From assembly GCA_964486045.1 (NCBI GenBank), contig CAZALK010000001.1:744242-808241 (forward strand): DNA of 64,000 bases, given 5' to 3'. Under the pieces are notes generated by a model, which made no database searches, had not been told where the DNA came from, and saw only the letters and a program-made list of their open reading frames with translations. This DNA is from an uncultured archaeon. GTDB lineage: Archaea; Asgardarchaeota; Lokiarchaeia; Sigyniarchaeales; SOKP01. Within the stretch, counting starts at the first letter, position 1, and the number at the start of each line of letters is the position of its first letter. Of this stretch, positions 1-9,293 are shown piece after piece. The position numbers were made by a program, and so were the translations under genes.

Positions 1-1144
1 TTAGTCCGACTGCTTCTTTCCTCTCTACTTTAAAAGGGCTATATTGAATAATATATAAATAAGTATCCCAGGAACCAATTATTATCTCTTTTTTACCATT
101 ATTATTGAGATCATATAATGTAGGTGTAGCAAAAATAGGTCCATCGGTCGAATACTTTGTTAAGATATTCCCATGAAGATCTACTATGTAGACATTACCA
201 TCCCATCCCCCTATCACAATCTCAGGAGAATCGTCTCCAGTCACATCCCCTACTGTTGGTGATGACCATAAGTAGGTATTAAGATCAATTGGAAAACCAG
301 AGAAGGGTGTACCATTACTCCTCCAAGCATATAATTTATCAGAGCCAACTATTATTTCCTTTTGTCCATTTCCATCAAGATCATATATTGCAGGAGTTCC
401 AACTGTATAGCTTAGAGTCTTGTTTGGCCAACTTTGAAACTTTTTTCCATTTCCTTGAAAAATATAAATTTGATCAGAAGCTACAATAACTTCTTTTTTA
501 TTATTGCCATTTAAGTCTACAATTTTAGGAGAAGACCAAACAAAATGTCCGGTCTCAATTGGCCACCCACTTAAAGGAGATCCATTAATTTGCCAAGCAT
601 AAACTTTGCAATCCCAAGAGCCAATTACAATATTTGAATGACCATCATCATTAATATCTCCAATTGCTGGAGAACTTGATATAAATCCATTAGTTTTCTG
701 AGGCCAACCATTTAATAGTTTTCCATCAGGTTTCCAGATATAAACGTTACCATCATCTGAACCCACTATTATTTCTAATACACCATCCTTATCCAGATCG
801 ACTAGTTCAGGAGTACTGTAGACATCTCCTCCTGTTCTCAATGGAAATCCTTTTAAAATATTCCCTGATTTATCAAAAGCATATATACAATCATCATCAC
901 ATCCTACTATAATAACAGAAGAATCATTACCATATAAATCTCCAACTTTTGGCCTAGATGCGAAAAAATTTTTACCTTTAACCGGGAATCCTGATAAAAT
1001 TGAGCCATCTGATTTCCAAACATACACAGCATCCGATACAGCTATAATTTCATTATTTTTGTCACCTATAAAGTCACACACAGTTGCTTGCGCACTGATA
1101 TAACCCTTAGTAGGAAATCTCGTAGTGTGAATCTTTGTATTCAT
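1..1144 (-). CDS. FG-GAP/VCBS-repeat beta-propeller protein (partial, runs off the left edge)
   Basis: ATG at 1144 opens a frame (MNTKIHTTRFPTKGYISAQATVCDFIGDKNNEIIAVS...) with repeated SSPxIGDINDDGHSNIVIGSWD / GWPQ / GFPI motifs. Not in the ORF track because no stop lies inside the window. Confidence 0.85.
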   Translation of the reverse strand, partial: MNTKIHTTRFPTKGYISAQATVCDFIGDKNNEIIAVSDAVYVWKSDGSILSGFPVKGKNFFASRPKVGDLYGNDSSVIIVGCDDDCIYAFDKSGNILKGFPLRTGGDVYSTPELVDLDKDGVLEIIVGSDDGNVYIWKPDGKLLNGWPQKTNGFISSSPAIGDINDDGHSNIVIGSWDCKVYAWQINGSPLSGWPIETGHFVWSSPKIVDLNGNNKKEVIVASDQIYIFQGNGKKFQSWPNKTLSYTVGTPAIYDLDGNGQKEIIVGSDKLYAWRSNGTPFSGFPIDLNTYLWSSPTVGDVTGDDSPEIVIGGWDGNVYIVDLHGNILTKYSTDGPIFATPTLYDLNNNGKKEIIIGSWDTYLYIIQYSPFKVERKEAVGL

Positions 1145-1335
1145 CGTATGAACTCTAACTCATCTTCGACAATTTTTTTATTAAACTTGAGCATGTGATT
1201 TAGATCAAATTTTATTGGTAAGTATTAAAAAAACTCTAATTAAATTATAAGAAAAATATTTATATCTCAATCTAACAAACTTTTAATGTATTATTTAAGA
1301 TACAGTAAAATCTAAAACTTCCATTCCTATATATT

Positions 1336-3684
1336 TTGACAATTGTTAATTTACTTGGAAAATCGAAGTTATTATATCAAATTATACAGTATTTTGATTT
1401 GTTTGATTATCCAGTAAAATTTGCTGAATTAGTGCAATTACTAGACATAAAACCTAACGTAATACACAGTGAGTTGAAATTCTTAATATCCAAAAAATTA
1501 ATATCAAAATTAAAAGAATATTTTTTTATACCAAAAAAAGACTGGACGATTCTAGAAAGAGTTAAATCAGAGAATAATTTTCAAATTAATATTATCAAAA
1601 TTGTTAGAGCAGGATGGATTTTGTCTCATTTTCCATTTGTTAGAGCTATTATATTAACCGGTTCTGCTTCAAAAAATATTCTTGGGGAATACGATGACTT
1701 TGATTTTTTGGTTATTACAGAGCCAAACTATATTTGGATTTGTAGATTGTTTATTGATTTGTTTAAAAGATTAGTATCCTTAAATTATCATTATTCAAAT
1801 CCTAGATTTTTTGATTGCAACTATTTCATTAGCGCAAACAATCTAAAAATACAAGAAAAGAATGAATTTACAGCTTTAGAAATTTTTTATTGTAAACCTA
1901 TTTATAATTATCCACTATACACGAAATTTATTGACGAAAACGACTGGATATACCAGAAATTTAAAATTCCTTCAAATAATGGATTAAAGCTTTCAGTGAA
2001 TCGACGAATACAATTTATACAATTAATTCTAGAATACTTAATAAAGATCTTTTTAAAAATTTTTTATCGGGGAAATAAACTGGAAAAAATTATATATGCA
2101 TTATATCATCAAATTTTAAAGAAAAATCAGTTAATTAGTACTTATAAAGAATTTAGAAAAGATGCAAGTTTTTCTCGAATTAAAATACTTGGAAATACTC
2201 AATCTTTTATGGTTGATAGCTTTCAGAATATCTCCAAAATCCAGTATAGGAATAATATAAGAACGAAAGTTTTACGATCATATTTAAAAGCAAAACCAAA
2301 TGAATCTCAGGGTTTAGACATCATTTTAACTCATGCTTATTACTTGTCAAAGACGAAAAGAGATAAAAAAGTAAAAAAACCATACATACCTCTTGGTCCA
2401 CTCTACATTGCAAGTCACTTACAAGCAAATGGATTTAATGTGGCGTTTTATGATACGACATTTACGAAGGGACCTTCTCATTTCTCAAAGGACCTAATAA
2501 AAAGGTTCAAGAATAAATCTTTTGGAGTAATTGGAATTTATATCAATGAAATGACAAGAAAAAACGCGTTAAAAATGATAAAAGCGTGTCGACATATGGG
2601 TATAGTAGTAATTGTGGGAGGTCCCGATCCTTCAAATGTACCTGAATTATATATTAAGAATGGGGCAAACATAGTTGTAATTGGCGAGGGTGAGCAAACC
2701 GTATTGGAAATTTTACAAAACATTAAGAATCCAACAAAACCCTTAACAGAAATTAAAGGAATTTACTCAGGAAGAGGATTTTCACAACCTCGCAAATATA
2801 TAAACAAATTGGATGATCTTCCCTTTCCTGCATATGATCTACTCGTTCTTAAGCCTTATTTTCATATTTGGAAAAAATTTCATGGACATACTGAAATGAG
2901 TCTAATAACTTCTCGAGGATGCCCATACGATTGTAGTTGGTGTTCTAAACCAGTGTTTGGGAATACTCTGAGGCTAAGGTCACCTAGAAACGTAGTACAT
3001 GAGCTGGTTTACTTGATAGATAAATATAATCCTGATCTTATTCATATTAATGATGATATTTTTGGAATTAATGAGAATTGGTTAAAAAAATTTCATTTTG
3101 AAATCTTCAATAACAACGTTAGGATTAATTATGAATGCTTGTTAAGAATAGATATAGTAAACACTAAAATTCTACAGTTATTAAAAGAATCTGGATGTAG
3201 TTGCATATGGCTTGGCATAGAATCAGGATCACAAAAAATTCTTAATAGAATGAAAAAGAGGATAAATATTGATCAACTGGAACTGAAAGTGGAAATGATA
3301 AGGAAGGTTAAATTAAAAGTAGGGTTCTTTATTATGCTAGGATACCCCGGAGAAAATTCAACAGATATTGAATTAACTAGAAAATTACTTCAATTGACTA
3401 AACCTAATTTTCTAGGGATATCAATGGCATATCCTATAACGAATACTAAATTCTACAATGATATTGCTCCTTATTTGAAGAGATCACGATTTAAACTAAG
3501 ATTAGAAAGCAGTTCTCGTTTATTGTTTAAGACTAAATATCCTCCATTTTATTATGGAATAGTTAGAAGATTACTTGAAACCGAGAAAAAAATTTATAAT
3601 AATATAGGAGTAGCTCTATTTAATAAAATTCTCGCGAAAATTTATTCACTTATTTATAGAATTTTTATATTATGTCTCAATTGA
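1336..3684 (+). CDS. Fusion of an N-terminal nucleotidyltransferase-like domain with a cobalamin-binding radical SAM domain
   Basis: N-half has GSASK...DDFDF (pol-beta-type GS/DxD); C-half has PLGPLYIAS, GGPDPS, GEGE and the CxxxCxxC motif SRGCPYDCSWC. TTG start is uncertain. Confidence 0.85.
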   Translation: MTIVNLLGKSKLLYQIIQYFDLFDYPVKFAELVQLLDIKPNVIHSELKFLISKKLISKLKEYFFIPKKDWTILERVKSENNFQINIIKIVRAGWILSHFPFVRAIILTGSASKNILGEYDDFDFLVITEPNYIWICRLFIDLFKRLVSLNYHYSNPRFFDCNYFISANNLKIQEKNEFTALEIFYCKPIYNYPLYTKFIDENDWIYQKFKIPSNNGLKLSVNRRIQFIQLILEYLIKIFLKIFYRGNKLEKIIYALYHQILKKNQLISTYKEFRKDASFSRIKILGNTQSFMVDSFQNISKIQYRNNIRTKVLRSYLKAKPNESQGLDIILTHAYYLSKTKRDKKVKKPYIPLGPLYIASHLQANGFNVAFYDTTFTKGPSHFSKDLIKRFKNKSFGVIGIYINEMTRKNALKMIKACRHMGIVVIVGGPDPSNVPELYIKNGANIVVIGEGEQTVLEILQNIKNPTKPLTEIKGIYSGRGFSQPRKYINKLDDLPFPAYDLLVLKPYFHIWKKFHGHTEMSLITSRGCPYDCSWCSKPVFGNTLRLRSPRNVVHELVYLIDKYNPDLIHINDDIFGINENWLKKFHFEIFNNNVRINYECLLRIDIVNTKILQLLKESGCSCIWLGIESGSQKILNRMKKRINIDQLELKVEMIRKVKLKVGFFIMLGYPGENSTDIELTRKLLQLTKPNFLGISMAYPITNTKFYNDIAPYLKRSRFKLRLESSSRLLFKTKYPPFYYGIVRRLLETEKKIYNNIGVALFNKILAKIYSLIYRIFILCLN

Positions 3685-4493
3685 TTAATAACTATAAAAA
3701 TTCAAAGTTAGTTTGGGATAGTTTAGCGGATGCTTACGACGAAAGATTCAATCATCCATATATCAATCAATATATGAGAAAGATAAGCCAGGAATGCTTG
3801 ATAAAATATTTCAATAAAAGTTCTCATCTTTTAGAAATTGGATGTGGAACTGGTGACGAAGCTATTTTTTTTGCAAGGAAAAATAAAAAAGTTACAGCAA
3901 TTGATATATCCCCTAAAATGATAGAAATTGCTAAATCGAAAGCGATGAAAGAAAATGTTGAGAAAAACATTGATTTTTATGCAATCCCCGTTGAAAAACT
4001 AAAAAGTATTCCAAATATAAAGTATAATGGTATTTATTCATCTTTTGGTACATTGAATTTAGTGTCTAATTTAACCACTCTCGCGAAAACTTTAGAAAAC
4101 GTTATGTCACCCTCAAGTTATTTCATAGCATCAGTAATGAATAAGTATTGCTTATTTGAAATATTTTATTTCTTAGTACACGGAAAATTGAAACAAGCAT
4201 TTCGTAGAATTTCAAAAGATTCTGTTCCCGTAAGATTAAATCCTAAACTCCCATCATTAAACTGTCACTATTATTCTCCTACTTACTTCTACTATCATTT
4301 TAAGAAATATTTTTCTTTAGTAGAGGTTTGTGCTCTTCCCTTCCTTATTCAGGCACCATATATTGACACAGTTCAGAAGTTTGTTAGAAATATATTATAT
4401 AAAATGCTTTTTCTTGATAAGAAATTGTCAAAAATTTTCCCATTTAATAGATTTGGAGATCATTTTATTATAGTGATGAAAAAAAGAACTTAA
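3672..4493 (+). CDS. Class I SAM-dependent methyltransferase
   Basis: LLEIGCGTG motif I and AIDISPKM; overlaps the upstream stop, suggesting an operon. Confidence 0.9.
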   Translation: MSQLINNYKNSKLVWDSLADAYDERFNHPYINQYMRKISQECLIKYFNKSSHLLEIGCGTGDEAIFFARKNKKVTAIDISPKMIEIAKSKAMKENVEKNIDFYAIPVEKLKSIPNIKYNGIYSSFGTLNLVSNLTTLAKTLENVMSPSSYFIASVMNKYCLFEIFYFLVHGKLKQAFRRISKDSVPVRLNPKLPSLNCHYYSPTYFYYHFKKYFSLVEVCALPFLIQAPYIDTVQKFVRNILYKMLFLDKKLSKIFPFNRFGDHFIIVMKKRT

Positions 4494-4622
4494 TTATCTT
4501 TATTCATTGAGATATAAAAGAAAAAATAAAAAATATTAAGTTTGATTTGGTAATTTCTAAATCGATAAATTAGATAAAATGTAGTAAAATAATCATAAAA
4601 AAAAGTAAAAAATAATTTTTCA

Positions 4623-5693
4623 ATGATAATTTTAGGTTTAGATATTGGTGGCGCAAATACGAAAGCTGCCTTATTGCACTTTAGAGAAAAAAAAATCACT
4701 AAATCCTTTTCATACATTGAATATTTTCCATTTTGGAAAAATACTATTACAGAAATCCCTGATCTGTTGCGAAGGGTGTTTAAAAAGCTAGTTGAAGAAA
4801 ATAGTTTTACACATAAAAATATTGATTACATTGCTGTTACCATAACTGCTGAACTATCTGATGCTTTTCAAACTAAGAAAGAGGGAATCTCACTAATTTT
4901 AGATGCTTTGGAAACAATATTTAAAAAAGAAAAATTGAGATTCATAACTAATAAAAGTAAATTTATAAATCTCCAAAGGGCTAAATCTAACTGTTTGTCA
5001 ATCGCAGCAGCTAATTGGGCATCGACAGCTTTATTTTTAGGAAAATATATATCAATGTGTGTTTTGATTGATGCTGGTTCAACAACAATAGATGTAATTC
5101 CTATACATGAATCATTACCCGTACCTAAAGGAATAGATGATGCTTCACGTCTACTAAATCACGAATTGATTTATACAGGAGGTTTAAGAGCTACAATCCC
5201 CTCTATAACCCATCATGTTCTCTATAAAGGCAAAAATATTCGTATTTCCTTTGAAAAATTTGCTTTAATTTCTGACGTTTATAGAATTTTGAACTTAATT
5301 TCAGAGGAAGATTACATTAACGATACTGCTGATAATCGTTCAAAATCATTAAAAAATTGTTATTCTCGTCTTTCAAGAGTGATTTGTATGGATCCTGAAA
5401 CGATTTCAATAGAAGATTTAAATATTATTGCTAAATCCATTTATGAAAAGCATTTAAATATTATTACAGAAGAAATAAAATCATTTATGGTAATTCTTTT
5501 AGGGAGATATGATGAATTTAAAACAGAACCAAAATTTGTAATAACAGGATTATCTTCTGATTTTCTAATCAAAATTCCTCTAAAAAATTTAGGTTTTCAC
5601 AATATTTTAAGTTATGAAGAAATAACAAAGATTCCAAATAAAATAAGCTCATCTGCTTTTGCTGTAGCAGGAGCATTATTTCACCAATTATAA
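4623..5693 (+). CDS. mfnF: Hydantoinase/oxoprolinase-family methanofuran biosynthesis protein (MfnF-like)
   Basis: GLDIGGANTK, TAELSDAF, AANW, DAGSTTIDVIPI and ELIYTGGLR; adjacent to an mfnE-like kinase. Confidence 0.75.
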   Translation: MIILGLDIGGANTKAALLHFREKKITKSFSYIEYFPFWKNTITEIPDLLRRVFKKLVEENSFTHKNIDYIAVTITAELSDAFQTKKEGISLILDALETIFKKEKLRFITNKSKFINLQRAKSNCLSIAAANWASTALFLGKYISMCVLIDAGSTTIDVIPIHESLPVPKGIDDASRLLNHELIYTGGLRATIPSITHHVLYKGKNIRISFEKFALISDVYRILNLISEEDYINDTADNRSKSLKNCYSRLSRVICMDPETISIEDLNIIAKSIYEKHLNIITEEIKSFMVILLGRYDEFKTEPKFVITGLSSDFLIKIPLKNLGFHNILSYEEITKIPNKISSSAFAVAGALFHQL

Positions 5694-5707
5694 TTGAACT
5701 GAGGATA

Positions 5708-6433
5708 ATGGAATACGCTAGTGTGATATTTAAAATTGGAGGTAAGATTTTAGAGAACGTTGAAGATTTAACTTCTACTATTTCTCAACTTACTAATTTA
5801 TATGATAAGGGGCGTATACAGAAAATTATTTTAATCCCCGGTGGAGGAACACATGCAAATTTCATCAGAAAAGTATACAGCGAACTAAAACTTACTGAAG
5901 AACTTGGACACTGGATGGGAGTAATATCCATGAATTATAATGGAATTGAATTGGGTAAGAAATTCCCTGAATTGGAGGTTATTGAAGATATTAATAGATT
6001 AAAGAAATTTGATAAAAATATTTGTATTTTTCTTCCCTACCGGTTCTTAAAAGATATTGATAGACTACCACATAGTTGGGATGTAACCTCTGATTCCATA
6101 ACTCTTTCTATAGCAGAAGAGATAGGAATACCTTACTGTTTCTTAATTAAAGATATTGATGGTATTTTAAATAATGAAAATCAAGTTATCAAAGAACTTA
6201 CCACCTCAGATTACAAGAAAATGAAAGAATCTGGGAAGTTAGGTGTGTTTGAAAGTGATGAAGGTGAGTTAAAAAACCAATCTAGGCCAGTTGATTCTTA
6301 TTTACTTACTTTAATTGAAAAGTGGAAAATCTCTTGTGTGATTCTAAATGGTAAATCGAATAGTCAAAGAATTATTGATTATTTTGATATATCAAAATCC
6401 AACTCTGATAAAATCTTCTCAATCATTAAATAA
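5708..6433 (+). CDS. mfnE: Amino-acid-kinase-family methanofuran kinase (MfnE-like)
   Basis: KIGGK, IPGGGTHANFIR, HWMG, LPHSWDVTSDSI and KDIDGI motifs. Confidence 0.75.
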   Translation: MEYASVIFKIGGKILENVEDLTSTISQLTNLYDKGRIQKIILIPGGGTHANFIRKVYSELKLTEELGHWMGVISMNYNGIELGKKFPELEVIEDINRLKKFDKNICIFLPYRFLKDIDRLPHSWDVTSDSITLSIAEEIGIPYCFLIKDIDGILNNENQVIKELTTSDYKKMKESGKLGVFESDEGELKNQSRPVDSYLLTLIEKWKISCVILNGKSNSQRIIDYFDISKSNSDKIFSIIK

Positions 6434-6476
6434 ATAAAATCTTGACTATTTGTATTATTGAAAATGGTGCTCGTTT

Positions 6477-7754
6477 ATGGCTGATATAGAAAATATTAAA
6501 AATATCGCAATTATTGGGGGTGGTATAATGGGCTCAGGTATCGCTCAAGTTGCCCTACTTACAGGATATGAGAAAGTTACTGTTATTGATCTTAGTTCTG
6601 AAATTCTTGAAAAGTCAAGAAAACTGATTCAAACCCGAATGGAGGCTCTTGAATCTAGGGAAAAATTTACGGAATTTTTCGCCTCCAATTAAATGGTAAT
6701 GAATTTGGACATAAAGAAGAAATTGGGGAGTTTCGAATCGGTCGGTATTATCAGTAATAAAGTTGATACAAAAACCATTATGAGTCGCCTGTCAATAGAA
6801 ACGGAAATTTCGAAAGGAGTTGAAGATGCTGATTTTGTAATTGAAGCTGTTTCTGAAAAATTAGATCTAAAACAGAACATATTTAAACAGCTTGGAGAAT
6901 TTACTCCAACTCGAGCGGTCTTAGCAACAAATACATCATCAATGAGTATTTCAAAAATTGCTCAGTTTTCCAGGGAACCCAAAAAGATAATTGGTATGCA
7001 CTTTCACACTTTTTTCCCAATACTCGGAATGTTAATTGAGATCACTCCTGGGGAAAAATCATCAGAGGATTCTCTTGAAATTGGTCAGACAATTGCACAA
7101 AAATTTCCGTGCTTGACAGGTAAAAGGTTCACGTTTCAGCTTGAAAAAGAAACTGCTGGATTAATCGCAAACAGAATCTCCTTTCCTATTTTTCTCTACA
7201 CCAATTGGTTTTCAAAACATGCAATCGCTAATGGAATTTCTCGCGAGCAGTTAGATGCTGCCGGTTTTTCACTTGAAGTAGCTGATCGTATTGGTCTAGA
7301 TACTATTTATTTTCTTCAAAAATATCTCGAAAAATACCTTTCCCCTGATTTTTCTCCTGGTGAAGAATTAGCGAAATTAGTAAATGAAGGAAGGTTAGGT
7401 AAGAAGGTTGGAAAAGGATATTATAATTGGAATGAAAATGAGCCAATAAAGAATCTTCCCTCTTTAGATCCGAAAACAATGGAGTTTATAAGTAAAAATT
7501 TTAGTGCTGAAATAATCGAAGCCCTTAGACTAAATGAAGGTTGTAGGTTACTAGAAGAAGGAGTAGTAAAAGGTTATAGATTAATTGATAAGGTGCTTTT
7601 TAAAGGAAATTTCACCCCAGGGCCTTTTAGAGTAGGGAAAGATAAGTATAAAGAGTGGGTTAAACTGCTTTATCAAGTGGCGGAAAAATCGGGGAAATCC
7701 TATTTGAAGCCTTGTGAAATGATGGAATCGGGAAAGTTTATTTCTCTGGAGTAA
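6477..7754 (+). pseudogene. 3-hydroxyacyl-CoA dehydrogenase interrupted by one in-frame TAA (6690-6692)
   Basis: GGGIMGSGIAQ Rossmann motif lies before the stop; ADFVIEAVSE, LATNTSS, GMHF and GRLGKKVGKGYY follow in the same frame. Confidence 0.75.
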
Positions 7755-7890
7755 TCATTAGATGATTCAAAAACATTAAAGAAAAATCACTAACCGAATC
7801 ATAAGGAAGTTGGTAATTTTATAAATTAAAGTTTTAATTATGTTGATGCTAAATTAATATTAGTACGATCTAAAATTGAGAGCTATTAAC

Positions 7891-8394
7891 ATGTCAAATA
7901 TTGAAGAAATGAAGAAGAATGCTGAATTCTTGATAAATAATCTCCCCGGAAAAGATGTACCCGGTGTTGCTAAAATCAATGTGCGATATAAAAATTTAGT
8001 AAACTTCGCAAAATGTTTTGGTATTACCGATCCAAAATACGTTGGTCCTGAAGAAGAGGGAATAATTGCGTGTCATGCATATGCTAATGCCTATACAATA
8101 AAAGGACTTTACACACTAGTCCCTGGGGCTAGATTAGTCCAAGATGGAGAAGAACGTATGATTGTAAAAAATCCTAGAATGATACTTCATGCGGGAAATA
8201 AATATAATTGGGAAGGTTGCGTAGATGTAAAACCAGGGGATAAGTTAAAAGCCACTGCAAAATGGGGAAAAGTATGGTTAGTAGAAGCAAATATGATGTT
8301 ATTTGCGGAATTAATTACAACTATTAAAAATCAAAGTGATGAAATTGTATGTAATGTAGTAGTAACTGCCGGTATAAGAAAAGGAGGCTATTAA
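7891..8394 (+). CDS. MaoC-like hot-dog fold protein, probably a non-catalytic partner subunit
   Basis: MILHAGNKYNW...VKPGDKL hot-dog pattern; immediately upstream of a catalytic MaoC gene. ATG at 7891 preferred over TTG at 7876. Confidence 0.7.
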   Translation: MSNIEEMKKNAEFLINNLPGKDVPGVAKINVRYKNLVNFAKCFGITDPKYVGPEEEGIIACHAYANAYTIKGLYTLVPGARLVQDGEERMIVKNPRMILHAGNKYNWEGCVDVKPGDKLKATAKWGKVWLVEANMMLFAELITTIKNQSDEIVCNVVVTAGIRKGGY

Positions 8395-8398
8395 AGAA

Positions 8399-8947
8399 AT
8401 GGTTAAAATATCAGATTTAAAAATAGGACAAGTTTTTACCAATGAATTTGATGCTCTTACAAGGGATTTATTAAAGCAATATGCTAAGGCATCAGGAGAT
8501 ACTAATCCCATACATGTAAATGATTCTGTAGCGGAAGCCGCAGGGTTAAAGGGAGTTATAGCTCATGGATTATTCTCATTTGGGTTCATTAGTAAACTCT
8601 TTGAAGATCTCCTTGAGCATGGGAAATATGGTAAAATTATTGAGTTCCTGGTGGAGATGCGTGGGATGGTCCGGGTAGGAGATAAACTTGTAACAGAAGC
8701 TACGATTGAAAAAATTGAGGGGAAAAGAGTTTTTCTTAAAGTAACACAAATAAGTTTTACCAAAGTTGATATAAAAGACAACAATGGTAATATTGTCAAA
8801 CAATTTGAAGCTGGTGAAAGAGGGTATATTAGTGAAAAAGATATTGAACGAGGATTAGTAAAAACAAAAGAAGTTTCAGAAGGTACGTTAACTTATCGAG
8901 AACGAATTGCTATTCCTGGTAGTGCGATTATTGAACTTTCTGAATAG
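8399..8947 (+). CDS. MaoC-family (R)-specific enoyl-CoA hydratase/dehydratase
   Basis: Hydratase-2 motif YAKASGDTNPIHVN...GVIAHG. Confidence 0.9.
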   Translation: MVKISDLKIGQVFTNEFDALTRDLLKQYAKASGDTNPIHVNDSVAEAAGLKGVIAHGLFSFGFISKLFEDLLEHGKYGKIIEFLVEMRGMVRVGDKLVTEATIEKIEGKRVFLKVTQISFTKVDIKDNNGNIVKQFEAGERGYISEKDIERGLVKTKEVSEGTLTYRERIAIPGSAIIELSE

Positions 8948-9293
8948 ATGAAATTTTAAAATCTCAAAACTATCTTTTTTTAAGATTTAACCCATTAACT
9001 TAATTTATTACCATCCTTTAAAGAAAAGGCTGTCAATCGAAAAGTCTTTCTACCCAATAATCTCTAATATTAAGAAAAAATCAACATTGTTTCTTTAGGA
9101 CAATTATCTATTTATTAAAACTAAAGGTTTTATCATCCATTTCTTAAGAGGAATAATTTCTCTTAAGTTTTTTTCCTTCATTTTTTATGATTTTATAATA
9201 TTTGCCATAATTATTTTAAAAGATATTTATACTACTTTGATAGAAGAGATCTTTGAGAAAGAAATTTTTAAAAATGTAAAAATTCCAAGATAA

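Noticed and set aside
6651-6740. Possible intron removing the TAA in the 3-hydroxyacyl-CoA dehydrogenase (84-nt spacing between two GAATC copies)
   Set aside because: No 4-bp central helix with two 3-nt bulges could be drawn, and the segment reads as ordinary protein apart from the one stop.
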